A stretch of DNA of 64,000 nt, taken from an uncultured bacterium. Lineage in GTDB: Bacteria > Acidobacteriota > Thermoanaerobaculia > Multivoradales > JAHZIX01. The stretch's first letter is position 1. Each line of letters begins with the position of its first letter. Positions 39,733 through 49,101 of this stretch are shown here, in pieces. The position numbers and the translations under genes were made by a program. The stretch covers positions 352,001 through 416,000 of the forward strand of contig CBDUPA010000003.1 in assembly GCA_965368975.1 (NCBI GenBank), in the 5' to 3' direction. The notes beneath the pieces are model-generated. The model was given only the letters and a program-made list of their open reading frames with translations, made no database searches and was not told where the DNA came from.

Positions 39733-41441
39733 AGCTGATCGCCTTTTTGCTCAAGAGATCACCGCGCTGGATGATCGGAGCCATTTTTGCCGGAGCCATT
39801 TCTGGCTTGTGCGCAGCCGGACTCCTGGCCATCATCAACTCCGCCATCACGCGCATGGAGTTGCAGCAAGATCCACGGGTCTTGGTTCCCATGTTCCTGG
39901 GGCTGTGCCTGCTGTCGCCGGTGTCCAGCATCATCGCTCAGTACCTCCTGCTGTTGCTTGGTCAGAACACGGTGGTGCAGTTCCGCGTGCGAATGACGCG
40001 CAGCATCCTGGCGACGCCGCTCGCGCGCCTGGAGAAGGTGGGGGGCCATCGCTTGCTGGCGACGCTCACCGATGACGTGGGGCAATTGGGCGGCAGCTTG
40101 GTACTGATCCCGGGGATCGCCATCAACGCTTTCATGGTCGTGGGCTGCCTGGTGTACCTGGGTTGGTTGTCTCTGCCCTTGTTCGGCGCCCTGCTGGTGA
40201 CGATCATCATCGGCGTGGTGACCTACCAGCTACCCATCCTGGCCGGTATGCGACGTTTCCGCGCCTCGCGTGAGGAGCGCGACACACTCTTCGACCACTT
40301 CAAGGCACTCGCCGACGGTCTGCAAGAGCTGAAGCTGCACCGCCAGCGTTCGCGTGAGTTCGTGTCGCTCGTCGACCGCTCCGCCAACATCCTGCGGACG
40401 CTGCAGATCGGCGCCATGATGATCTTCAACCTGGCAGCGGTATGGGGCAACATGCTGTTCTTCGTGGTGATCGGTGTGCTGATCTTCTTCGTGCCGCTGT
40501 GGCAAGACGTCGAGCCGAGCACGGTGCGCAGCTATGCACTCGTCGTCATGTACATGGTGACGCCGCTACAGTCGATGATGCAGATCTTCCCCAACCTCGG
40601 CCAGGCCAGCGTCGCGCTCGACAAGGTGGAGAAGCTGGGCCTGTCGCTCGACGATCCACTGGTCGAGCGGGGCGACGGTGACCTGGCGGTCGATCCCGGT
40701 TGGCGCGAGTTGAGCTTCAACGGTGTCACCTACGAGTACGTTGGCGAGGATGAAGACGAGAACTTCGCAGTGGGTCCGTTCGACCTGCAGATGCACGCCG
40801 GCGAGCTGGTGTTCCTGGTCGGCGGCAACGGCAGCGGCAAGACCACCTTCGCGAAGCTGCTCACCGGTCTCTATACGCCGAAGGAAGGCGAGATCCAGTT
40901 GGACGGAGAGCCGGTGACCGACGAAGTTCGCGACGACTATCGACAGTTCTTCTCGACCGTCTTCGCCAGACCGTTCCTGTTCGAAGAACTGCTCGGCTTC
41001 GACCGCGATGACAGCTTCGACGAAAAGGTACGCGGCTATCTCGAGCAATTGCACCTGAGCGGCAAGCTGACCGTGCAGGACGGAAAGCTGTCGACGACCG
41101 CACTTTCGGATGGCCAGCGCAAGCGCTTGGCCTTGATGGTGTCCTACCTGGAAGATCGCCCGATCTACGTCTTCGACGAGTGGGCTGCGGATCAGGACCC
41201 GGAATTCCGCGAGGTCTTCTACCGCAGCATCCTTGCCGAGCTCAAGGCCCGAGGCAAGACGGTGATCGTGATCAGTCACGACGACCGTTACTACCCGCTG
41301 GCCGATCGCATCGTCAAGCTGGACTACGGTCGAGTCCGCTATGACGGACCCTACGACGGCTCGCCGTACGCCACCGGCATGGCGGATCGCCAGGAGAACA
41401 CGAGCGGCGCTGCGGTACCCGCGGCTCCCGCGGAGATTTGA
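39729..41441 (+). CDS. Cyclic peptide export ABC transporter (SyrD/PvdE/YojI family)
   Basis: 6 TM plus NBD. GLQELKL, GGNGSGKTT, LSDGQRKRLAL, FDEWAADQDPEFR and ISHDDRY motifs. Confidence 0.93.
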   Translation: MKLIAFLLKRSPRWMIGAIFAGAISGLCAAGLLAIINSAITRMELQQDPRVLVPMFLGLCLLSPVSSIIAQYLLLLLGQNTVVQFRVRMTRSILATPLARLEKVGGHRLLATLTDDVGQLGGSLVLIPGIAINAFMVVGCLVYLGWLSLPLFGALLVTIIIGVVTYQLPILAGMRRFRASREERDTLFDHFKALADGLQELKLHRQRSREFVSLVDRSANILRTLQIGAMMIFNLAAVWGNMLFFVVIGVLIFFVPLWQDVEPSTVRSYALVVMYMVTPLQSMMQIFPNLGQASVALDKVEKLGLSLDDPLVERGDGDLAVDPGWRELSFNGVTYEYVGEDEDENFAVGPFDLQMHAGELVFLVGGNGSGKTTFAKLLTGLYTPKEGEIQLDGEPVTDEVRDDYRQFFSTVFARPFLFEELLGFDRDDSFDEKVRGYLEQLHLSGKLTVQDGKLSTTALSDGQRKRLALMVSYLEDRPIYVFDEWAADQDPEFREVFYRSILAELKARGKTVIVISHDDRYYPLADRIVKLDYGRVRYDGPYDGSPYATGMADRQENTSGAAVPAAPAEI

Positions 41442-41460
41442 GGGTTCGGAAGGCAGCCTG

Positions 41461-42936
41461 ATGAGTGAGGCAAGGCAGCGCGTCGAGCGACTGTTGGATC
41501 CCGGCTCGTTCGTCGAGCTAGATGCCCTGGTGCGGCGTCGGTGGGTGGCTGCCGGCAGTGACAGCCGGGCATCTGCTGCAGGGCGTCCAGTCGGCGACGG
41601 GTTGGTGAGTGGCTACGGCACTGTCGGCGGCAAGCTTGTCTACCTCTACGCCCAGGAGCCGCGGGCCGCAGGCTGGTCGGAGGCGAGCACCCGCAAGGTG
41701 TGCAAAGTCATGGACTTGGCGCTCGACCAGGGGGCACCTGTCGTAGCCTTGTTCGATGGTCACCGCGACGCGGCGCTGCACTCGGGAGTGCCCTTCGATC
41801 TAGAACACGCCGGTCTCGGTCTCGAGGGCATGGCCGGCTGCGGTGAGATCTGGCAGCGGCAGGTCCGCATGTCGGGAGTCGTACCGCAGCTGGCCGCAGT
41901 GCTCGGCGGCTGTAGTGCGGAACCGAGCCTGCACACTGCGCTGGCCGATTTCGTGGTGACCGTAGCTGGCGTCGAGCCGCCGGTCTTGACCCCGCCGATA
42001 GCGTCTCCGGACCGGCAAGTGCAGGTAGGTAGCCCGGATTGGCAGCCCGAGAGTCTCTGGCATCTGGCATGCGACAATGAACCGGCATGCCTGTTTGCGC
42101 TCCGGCAGTTGCTCGGCTACCTGCCCAGCAACCACCTCGACCCGGCGGCTCCCGGACCCGAAGGCGACGACGAGGAGCGCCGGGACGCAGCGCTCGACGA
42201 CCTGGTTCCAGCGAGCCCGAACAAGCCGTACGATGTCTTGCACGCGATCCGGGCGGTGGTCGATGATGGCCGCTTTCTGCAACTGCAGCCGCACCACGCC
42301 CGCAACGTCGTCGTCGGCTTCGCACATCTGGGACGTACGAGTGTCGGTATTGTCGCCAATCAACCCGCCTACCTGGCCGGCGTGCTGGATCTGGAAGCTT
42401 CTCTGAAAGCGGCGCGCTTCGTCCGCACGTGCGATGCCTTTGGCGTACCGCTACTCAGTTTTGTCGATGTTCCTGGCTTCATGCCCGGTGTGCAACAAGA
42501 GCTGGGAGGCATCATCAAGCATGGTGCCAAGTTGCTCTATGCCTATGCCGAAGCGACCGTACCCAAGCTGACGGTGATCCTGCGCAAGTCCTATGGCGGA
42601 GCCTATGCAGTGATGGGCAGCAAGCACCTGCGCACCGACGTCAATCTGGCCTGGCCGACTGCCGAAGTCGCGGTCATGGGACCGGAGGGAGCGGTAGGTA
42701 TTCTGCATCGCGGTGAGTTAGCGAAGGCTGGTGAGCAAGCCGAAGCCCTGCGCGCTCAAGAGATCGAGAACTACCGCCACCGCTTCTCGAATCCTTACTC
42801 TGCAACCGATCGCGGCTATATTGATGCTGTCATCCGGCCGCGTGAAACACGCCCGCACTTGATCGGCGCTTTGCGCCAACTGCGTCACAAGCGACCACCG
42901 GCGGTGCGACGCAAGCACGGCAATCTGCCACTGTGA
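41461..42936 (+). CDS. Acyl-CoA carboxylase carboxyltransferase (PccB-like) with degenerate N-terminal half
   Basis: C-half is intact (DVPGFMPG, GIIKHGAK, RKSYGGAY, VMGPEGA, KHGNLPL). N-half motifs are altered. Confidence 0.82.
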   Translation: MSEARQRVERLLDPGSFVELDALVRRRWVAAGSDSRASAAGRPVGDGLVSGYGTVGGKLVYLYAQEPRAAGWSEASTRKVCKVMDLALDQGAPVVALFDGHRDAALHSGVPFDLEHAGLGLEGMAGCGEIWQRQVRMSGVVPQLAAVLGGCSAEPSLHTALADFVVTVAGVEPPVLTPPIASPDRQVQVGSPDWQPESLWHLACDNEPACLFALRQLLGYLPSNHLDPAAPGPEGDDEERRDAALDDLVPASPNKPYDVLHAIRAVVDDGRFLQLQPHHARNVVVGFAHLGRTSVGIVANQPAYLAGVLDLEASLKAARFVRTCDAFGVPLLSFVDVPGFMPGVQQELGGIIKHGAKLLYAYAEATVPKLTVILRKSYGGAYAVMGSKHLRTDVNLAWPTAEVAVMGPEGAVGILHRGELAKAGEQAEALRAQEIENYRHRFSNPYSATDRGYIDAVIRPRETRPHLIGALRQLRHKRPPAVRRKHGNLPL

Positions 42937-42967
42937 TCGCACTGCATTCCACGTTGGGAGACGTACC

Positions 42968-43789
42968 ATGAGACTGAGCAACGAACAGCTCCGAACTTAC
43001 CAGGAAGATGGCCTGTTACTGCTGCCAGAACTCTTCTCGGCCGACGACGTGGCGGCAATCAAGCGCGCGATGCAGCCGCTGCTGGAAGAAGAGTCGCCGA
43101 GCCGCGTCTTGGAGAAGGGCGGCACCTCGGTACGGGCTCTGCATGGGTGCCACCTGACACACGACTTCTTCCAGCGCTTGACGCGCCATCCCGCGCTGCT
43201 CGAGCCAGCGCGCCAGGTTCTGGAGAGCGACGTCTACGTGCACCAGTTCAAAATCAACACCAAGGCCGCCTTCGAAGGAGACATCTGGGAGTGGCACCAG
43301 GACTACATCTTCTGGCGCAATGAAGATGGCATCATGGATCCGCGTCTGGTCAACATCTCGATCTTTCTCGACGACGTGACCGAGTTCAACGGTCCCTTGC
43401 TGGTGATTCCCGGCAGTCAGCGACACGGCGTCATCCTGCTGGAGGGTGACGAAGCACCGCCCGAGGGCTACGAGGATCAGCCGGATTGGGTCTCGAACCT
43501 CACCGCCGATCTCAAGTACTCGATCGGCCGGGAGCGCCTGGCGGAGCTGGTCGAGGAGAGCGGCGGCATCCGGGCACCCAAGGGGCCCGCGGGCTCCGTG
43601 CTGTTGTTCCACCCGAACGCAGTCCATGGCTCGGCGCCCAACATGTCTCCCTGGGACCGCGCGCTGCTGCTGGTGACCTACAACAGCACCGAGAACCTAC
43701 CCGAGCCGGTGCCGAATCCACGTCCCGATTTCCTCGCCTCTCGCGACTTCACACCCTTGCAGCCCCTGGCGGCGGGGGAGGGGCTGTAG
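42968..43789 (+). CDS. Fe(II)/2-oxoglutarate dioxygenase, PhyH/EctD-like hydroxylase
   Basis: VYVHQFKINTK, WHQD (HxD), and HGSAPNMSPWDR (distal His and 2OG-binding Arg). Confidence 0.9.
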   Translation: MRLSNEQLRTYQEDGLLLLPELFSADDVAAIKRAMQPLLEEESPSRVLEKGGTSVRALHGCHLTHDFFQRLTRHPALLEPARQVLESDVYVHQFKINTKAAFEGDIWEWHQDYIFWRNEDGIMDPRLVNISIFLDDVTEFNGPLLVIPGSQRHGVILLEGDEAPPEGYEDQPDWVSNLTADLKYSIGRERLAELVEESGGIRAPKGPAGSVLLFHPNAVHGSAPNMSPWDRALLLVTYNSTENLPEPVPNPRPDFLASRDFTPLQPLAAGEGL

Positions 43790-43834
43790 GTTTCTTCGCC
43801 CAGTGAAGTACCTTCAGCTTTTGCCGCGCCGGTA

Positions 43835-43884
43835 GCTACTGGCTGCCGGGCGCTACGGGCAGCGGGCGCTACGGGCTGCTGGGC
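43835..43884. repeat. Imperfect 16-17-bp tandem repeat x3 overlapping a stop codon
   Basis: GCTACTGGCTGCCGGGC / GCTACGGGCAGCGGGC / GCTACGGGCTGCTGGGC. Confidence 0.7.
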
Positions 43885-44885
43885 GAACAGTGACGAGCGG
43901 CCAGATCTGCGCGTGCATCGCCCTGCCAGGCTGCGCCGAGAATGGCCTCGACGACCAGACGTTTGTCGTCGGGGGTGAGTGGTGCCGCCTCGACCCAGTA
44001 GCCGGTTGTCGGTAGCGAGGGCCCCCCTGCTGGTGACTCGGGCGGCTCTGGATCGCCGGCTCGAGTGGCAGCCGGCTGGTAGTAGCGGCCGGCATACCGG
44101 CCGTCGCGGAAGGAGCGAGTCCACAGCCCGAAGAGCGTGTGCCGCAGGTCGACAGCCGCACACAGACGCGATCCGCGGCGGGCGAAGAGTCGTTCGACCT
44201 CGTTCGCTATCGACAAGATGTGCGCACCGAAGTCACCGAGGGCTGCCAGGTAGGCCTCACGCTGTGCCCACGCGGGCAGGTCAGGTAGCAATATCTCGGC
44301 ACGCTGCTGCAAGCTCTGTCCTACGCCATCCAGTGGCGCCGCCTGGGATGGCGGCCAGAGGCCGGCCAGGTAGACGTCGAGCAGTGCATGGAGGAGCTGC
44401 TCGGCAGCGTCTACAGGGAGGTCGCGGAAGGGCCGCATCCGGCCATTGCTTCCGAGATAGCTGACGTGCAGGAAAAGACTTCCCGGATGTGATGATCCCT
44501 CTGGGAGGGGGGCGAAGTCCGCCGGTTGGCGGATGTTCGGGCTGCCGTCTTTGCGCTGGTCAGCTGCTGCGTCCGAGGACGAGATCGCGGCCCAGGGGAG
44601 CGCGTAGGCCATGGGTGCACCGGGATTCTGGTGCCAGACGAGGGCCAAGCGGGACCCCAGAGAGCGAGCGAAGTCGAGGGGTAGGGCGGCGGGTGGTTCG
44701 GCCGCGCGCCGCAGCAGGTCTTGCAGCAAGTCCGGCCCAGCAGCCTGCGTGGCGACGGGTGATTGCGCCGGAGCCGCCTGAGCAAGGCAAATAGCAAGGG
44801 CAAGGCAGAGGCAGAGGCAGGGAACCGTAGAGAGGCCAGTAGAGAGCGGGGGCGAGACGGCGGTCCAGCGGTTGAAAGGGCTCAT
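43869..44885 (-). CDS. Hypothetical exported protein
   Basis: 338-aa ORF filling the gap. Signal peptide ending AQA and a helical, protein-like composition. No family recognised. Confidence 0.65.
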   Translation of the reverse strand: MSPFNRWTAVSPPLSTGLSTVPCLCLCLALAICLAQAAPAQSPVATQAAGPDLLQDLLRRAAEPPAALPLDFARSLGSRLALVWHQNPGAPMAYALPWAAISSSDAAADQRKDGSPNIRQPADFAPLPEGSSHPGSLFLHVSYLGSNGRMRPFRDLPVDAAEQLLHALLDVYLAGLWPPSQAAPLDGVGQSLQQRAEILLPDLPAWAQREAYLAALGDFGAHILSIANEVERLFARRGSRLCAAVDLRHTLFGLWTRSFRDGRYAGRYYQPAATRAGDPEPPESPAGGPSLPTTGYWVEAAPLTPDDKRLVVEAILGAAWQGDARADLAARHCSPSSP

Positions 44886-44964
44886 ACCTTCACCTTACGC
44901 GCGACGATCACGAAACGCCATTGCCGGCGGTCCAGCTTCACCGATAGAGGTAAGATGGCAACCC

Positions 44965-47331
44965 ATGCAAGAGGAACCGAACTTCCGCACCGTGCGCTCC
45001 GCCTTGCTGCGCGACCCGTTCGTGCTCAGCGTCGCGGCACTGATCTTGGTGTTGGCCTTGCCGTTCTATCTTCCGTTGCTGCCGCAGTCGTCGCTGAAAG
45101 AAGCTGCGTTTCATTACAGCGACTTCCTGTTGCTGCTGCTGACGTCCCTGGCCTTCTTCCCGGCCAGCTCCGCGGTGCTGTCCGAGCAGAGCCGGCGTTT
45201 CTACCAATACTGCACGATCGGCTTCGGCTTCTGGTTGCTGATCGGTGTGCTCGATGTTCTGTCGTTGGAGACCTTGTCCATCCAGTACCTGTGGATGACC
45301 GACGTCTTCAGCGACATTCTCTACCTCCTGTTCTACCTGTCCCTGGTGATGGCCTCGGCGGTACGGCCGGACCGCCGCCCGGAGTCGCACTCGCAGCGCC
45401 TGGTAGACAACTTCGATGCTTCCGGTTCGATCCTGTTCATTTTCGGGCTGTTGGTGTACTTCATCGTCATCCCGATCACCACGAGCCCGGCAGACTACGA
45501 CTCATGGCTGCCTTCGCTGCTGCTCTACGTGGTCCTCGACCTCTACCTGGCGGTGCGCTTCGGTTACCTTGCATCGACCACTCCCGGGCTGCGTTGGCGT
45601 GCCACCTACGGCCTCATGACCATCGGCGCCCTGAGCTGGGCTCTTCTCGATTTCATCGAGGCGCTGTCGCACATGCCCAATCCGTGGCTCGAGCCCTACC
45701 AGCCGACCCTGATCGATCCGTTCTGGTCCTTGCCGTTCTTGATCTTCGTCGCCGCCGCGCGGGTGCGCGACCTGAAGCTGCCGGATCACTCGCTGGACGG
45801 GACGCTGGTCCTGGCGGAGACCGAACTCGATTCCGGTCGAGGCGGTTGGCGCAAGCTGGCCGGCCCTCTGGTCATGTACACCTTTCTTTTCCCCTTCCTG
45901 CACCTCGGCCTGCACACCCTGGGTCTGCTGGCGCCCGAGGGCCGCTTCGCACGCGAGTTGCTGGTGCTGTTCTTCCTCATCTCGCTGGGTTCGATGGCGC
46001 TGGTCAAGCAGCACTTGATCGAGAATCGTAACCTGACACTGCGCGAACAGCGGCGACAGGCGGAGGAGGCTATCCGGTTGCTGGAGAAGGCCTTCCAGAC
46101 CATGCCCTTGGGCCTGACCATCACCGACCTCGAGGGTCGCATCCTGTTCACCAACCCGGCCGAGGCCGAGATGCATGGCTATTCGGTGGGTGAGTTGGTG
46201 GGCCGCGATGCCTCGCACTTCGGGCCGGCGGAGTTCCGCAGCGGTCAGCGTGCCGACACGCTGTGGCGGGCGGGTACCTGGCACCGGGAGAGCCTCAATA
46301 TCCGGCGCGATGGCAGCAGTTTCCCTGTGCAGTTGATCTCGCACGTGGTGCGCGACCAAATCGGGTATCCGATCGCTCTCGTGACTTCGTGCGAAGACAT
46401 CACGGAGCGCAAGCGCAGCGAGCGGCGGGCGCAGCGCATGGAGCATCTAGCGGCCCTCGGTCAGATGTCGGCGACGCTGGCCCATGAGATTCGGAACCCA
46501 CTGGGCGCGATTGCCCTCAATCTGCGGTATCTCAGCGACTTGCTAACGGGGGACGCCACCGAGCCGGGGCCAGAGGAAGCCGCCAAGGAGGCCCTGGAAA
46601 CGATGGATGACCTCTTTGCCGGTGTCGAGCGCTTGCAAGGCCTGGTACAGGGTATTCTCAACTTCACCCGGCCACTGGTCTCCAACTTGACGCGCGAGGA
46701 TCTCAGCGACGTGCTCACTTCGGCGCTCGGTACCGCCACGGGAGTTGCCAAGGAAGCAGGCGTCGAGGTCGTGCGCGAACTGCGCCACCCACCGACCAAG
46801 GTCGACGTCGATGCCGCTCAGATCAAGCAGGTCTTGACCAACCTGATCGAGAACGCGGTGCAAGCGATGCCAGAGGGCGGCCGCATTACCGTCACTTCCC
46901 AGCTGCTCGGTGACACCGTCGAGATCCGAGTCAGCGACACCGGCTCCGGGATTTCACCCGACAATCGTGAGAAGATTTTCCAGCCCTTCTTTACCACCAA
47001 GGTGACCGGCATCGGCCTGGGCTTGGCGATCGTCTTCCGCATTCTCGAGCAGCATGGCGGACACATTGCAGTCGAGGACGCCGATGCCAGCGGCGAATCC
47101 ACCAGCGCGCCGACAGGCAGTACCTTCGTCTTGACCTTACCCGTGGCCGGCACCCACGATCCGCGAGATGTGCCGCTCGATGTGACTCCTCCCGAGTTCC
47201 CGAACGAGTCCGCAGCAGCCCCCCAATCCGACGATCCGGCACACCTCGACCGCACCCTGCGGCCAGAGTCGGTAGCGCAGCCGGAGACTTCATCCGAGGA
47301 GAACAAGCCCACCCATGTCGCCAGCAGCTGA
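44965..47331 (+). CDS. Multi-TM PAS-domain sensor histidine kinase
   Basis: About 9 TM segments, PAS domain (NPAEAEMHGY..RRDGS), H-box LAHEIRNPL, N-box NLIENAVQA and G boxes DTGSGI/GIGLGL. Confidence 0.93.
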   Translation: MQEEPNFRTVRSALLRDPFVLSVAALILVLALPFYLPLLPQSSLKEAAFHYSDFLLLLLTSLAFFPASSAVLSEQSRRFYQYCTIGFGFWLLIGVLDVLSLETLSIQYLWMTDVFSDILYLLFYLSLVMASAVRPDRRPESHSQRLVDNFDASGSILFIFGLLVYFIVIPITTSPADYDSWLPSLLLYVVLDLYLAVRFGYLASTTPGLRWRATYGLMTIGALSWALLDFIEALSHMPNPWLEPYQPTLIDPFWSLPFLIFVAAARVRDLKLPDHSLDGTLVLAETELDSGRGGWRKLAGPLVMYTFLFPFLHLGLHTLGLLAPEGRFARELLVLFFLISLGSMALVKQHLIENRNLTLREQRRQAEEAIRLLEKAFQTMPLGLTITDLEGRILFTNPAEAEMHGYSVGELVGRDASHFGPAEFRSGQRADTLWRAGTWHRESLNIRRDGSSFPVQLISHVVRDQIGYPIALVTSCEDITERKRSERRAQRMEHLAALGQMSATLAHEIRNPLGAIALNLRYLSDLLTGDATEPGPEEAAKEALETMDDLFAGVERLQGLVQGILNFTRPLVSNLTREDLSDVLTSALGTATGVAKEAGVEVVRELRHPPTKVDVDAAQIKQVLTNLIENAVQAMPEGGRITVTSQLLGDTVEIRVSDTGSGISPDNREKIFQPFFTTKVTGIGLGLAIVFRILEQHGGHIAVEDADASGESTSAPTGSTFVLTLPVAGTHDPRDVPLDVTPPEFPNESAAAPQSDDPAHLDRTLRPESVAQPETSSEENKPTHVASS

Positions 47332-48820
47332 TGACCCCACCCGCGGTGCCAACCGTGCGCGCCCTACCGTCCTCCTCGTCGAAGACGACGATCTCTTCCG
47401 ACGTTCCCTGCACAAGGTGCTCAAGCAGCACTACCGGGTTTCGCAGGCCGCGGATGCCGATGCCGCGGTTGCACAGCTGACGGAGACCTCACCAGACTTG
47501 GTACTTCTAGACATCATGTTGCCGGGTACCGACGGGTTGCAGGTGCTCAAAGAACTACGGCGACGCGATCCCGAGTTGACTGTCCTGATGCTGACCGCGG
47601 TGGAGAAGATCTCGACCGTCGTCGAAGCGATCCAGCTCGGAGCCACCGACTACCTGACCAAGCCGGTCGACACGGACGAATTGGTGCTCACCATCGACCG
47701 TGCACTCGAGGCGGCGGCGATGAAGCGGGAGTTGGCCCAGCGACGGGAGCTGCAACGGCTATCCAACCAGCGCTTCCAGCTGATCGGTGAGAGCCCGGTG
47801 ATCCGCCAAGTGCGGCACGATATCGACGTGGTCGCCGGCACGGACGCGACAGTGTTGCTGGAAGGCGAGACTGGCACCGGCAAGGAAGTGGTGGCGCGAG
47901 GTATCCACGCGGCGAGCAAGCGGGGGAGCGGAGCCTTCGTGCCGGTCAACTGCGGTGCTCTGCCCAAGGACTTGATCGAGGCAGAGTTCTTCGGCCATGC
48001 GCGCGGTGCCTTCACTGGTGCCGACCGTAGCGGCATCGGCAAGTTCGAGCTGGCGCACGGAGGCACGTTGCTGCTCGACGAGATCGGTGAGCTGACACTG
48101 GATGCCCAAGTCAAGTTGTTGCGAGTGCTCGAAGAACAAGAGTTCTATCCGGTCGGTGGCAGCCGGCTACGGCGCGTCGACGTGCGTGTGATCGCGGCCA
48201 CCAACAGGGACTTGCAAGAACAGGTGCAACAGGGGACCTTCAGGGAAGATCTTTACTTCCGCCTCAACGTCTTCCGCATCGTCTTGCCCCCGCTGCGCGA
48301 GCGCGGCGAAGACGTCATGCTGCTGGCCGAGCACTTCTTGGCACAGCTCAACCGAAAATTCAGCAAGCACTTCACCGGCTTTGAACCTGAAGCTGCCGAG
48401 GCCCTGCTGCAGCGATCCTGGCCGGGCAACGTGCGTGAGCTTCGCAATCTGATCGAACGCCTCGTGCTGGCAGAAGACGGCGAGCGCGTCACGCTGCCAC
48501 ACCTCGCCTTCTTGCGTCCGTTGGGCATGGGGCGGTACGTACCGGCTGGTTCCACGGCGTTGACTTCGGGCAAGTCGACCTGGGACGAGTCAACCGCGGG
48601 TCCGAGCGCTCCAGCGGAGAGTTCCGAAGGGGCTGCGGATGAGGCCACGGCAGAGCGCTTCCGTTTGCCGGCCGAGGGGCTGGATCTTGAAGACCTCGAG
48701 AAGGCACTCATGCGGCAGGCGCTGGAGCAAGCGAAGCAGAACAAGGCCAAGGCGGCCCGGCTGCTCAACCTATCGCCGCCGACCTTCTACTACCGGCTGC
48801 AGAAGTACGGCATCGAGTAA
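47315..48820 (+). CDS. Sigma54-dependent response regulator (NtrC/PilR/AtoC family)
   Basis: Receiver domain, GETGTGKE, GAFTGA, LLLDEIGE, WPGNVREL and a Fis-type HTH. Confidence 0.96.
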   Translation: MSPAADDPTRGANRARPTVLLVEDDDLFRRSLHKVLKQHYRVSQAADADAAVAQLTETSPDLVLLDIMLPGTDGLQVLKELRRRDPELTVLMLTAVEKISTVVEAIQLGATDYLTKPVDTDELVLTIDRALEAAAMKRELAQRRELQRLSNQRFQLIGESPVIRQVRHDIDVVAGTDATVLLEGETGTGKEVVARGIHAASKRGSGAFVPVNCGALPKDLIEAEFFGHARGAFTGADRSGIGKFELAHGGTLLLDEIGELTLDAQVKLLRVLEEQEFYPVGGSRLRRVDVRVIAATNRDLQEQVQQGTFREDLYFRLNVFRIVLPPLRERGEDVMLLAEHFLAQLNRKFSKHFTGFEPEAAEALLQRSWPGNVRELRNLIERLVLAEDGERVTLPHLAFLRPLGMGRYVPAGSTALTSGKSTWDESTAGPSAPAESSEGAADEATAERFRLPAEGLDLEDLEKALMRQALEQAKQNKAKAARLLNLSPPTFYYRLQKYGIE

Positions 48821-48998
48821 GAGACGCGGCCTGGCTGGTACACCAGGCTTGCCAGGATATGGTGAGGTGGAGTCCAGCAGCTGAAGAGAGAATTCGCAGC
48901 CGAGTAGCCACTCCTCACGCCGTATTCCCCCCGTCTAAAATCCTGCAAAGTACCTTCCTGTAGCGGTTTACGCTCCTCTTTGGAGCGCTTCTCGTGAC

Positions 48999-49014
48999 TG
49001 GCGCGTTTCTTGCT
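48999..49014 (+). promoter_or_regulatory. Sigma54 (-24/-12) promoter of the minor pilin operon
   Basis: TGGCGCGTTTCTTGCT gives GG-N10-GC, one mismatch from TGGCACG-N4-TTGCW. Lies immediately downstream of a sigma54 activator gene. Confidence 0.8.
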
Positions 49015-49101
49015 TACCTCCAAGTGTAGCGACTCGACGCACTCCGTGCTCGCACCGTCGCTCAATGATGTCGCTCGATGAGCTACTCAATGGAGGTCCC
49101 G

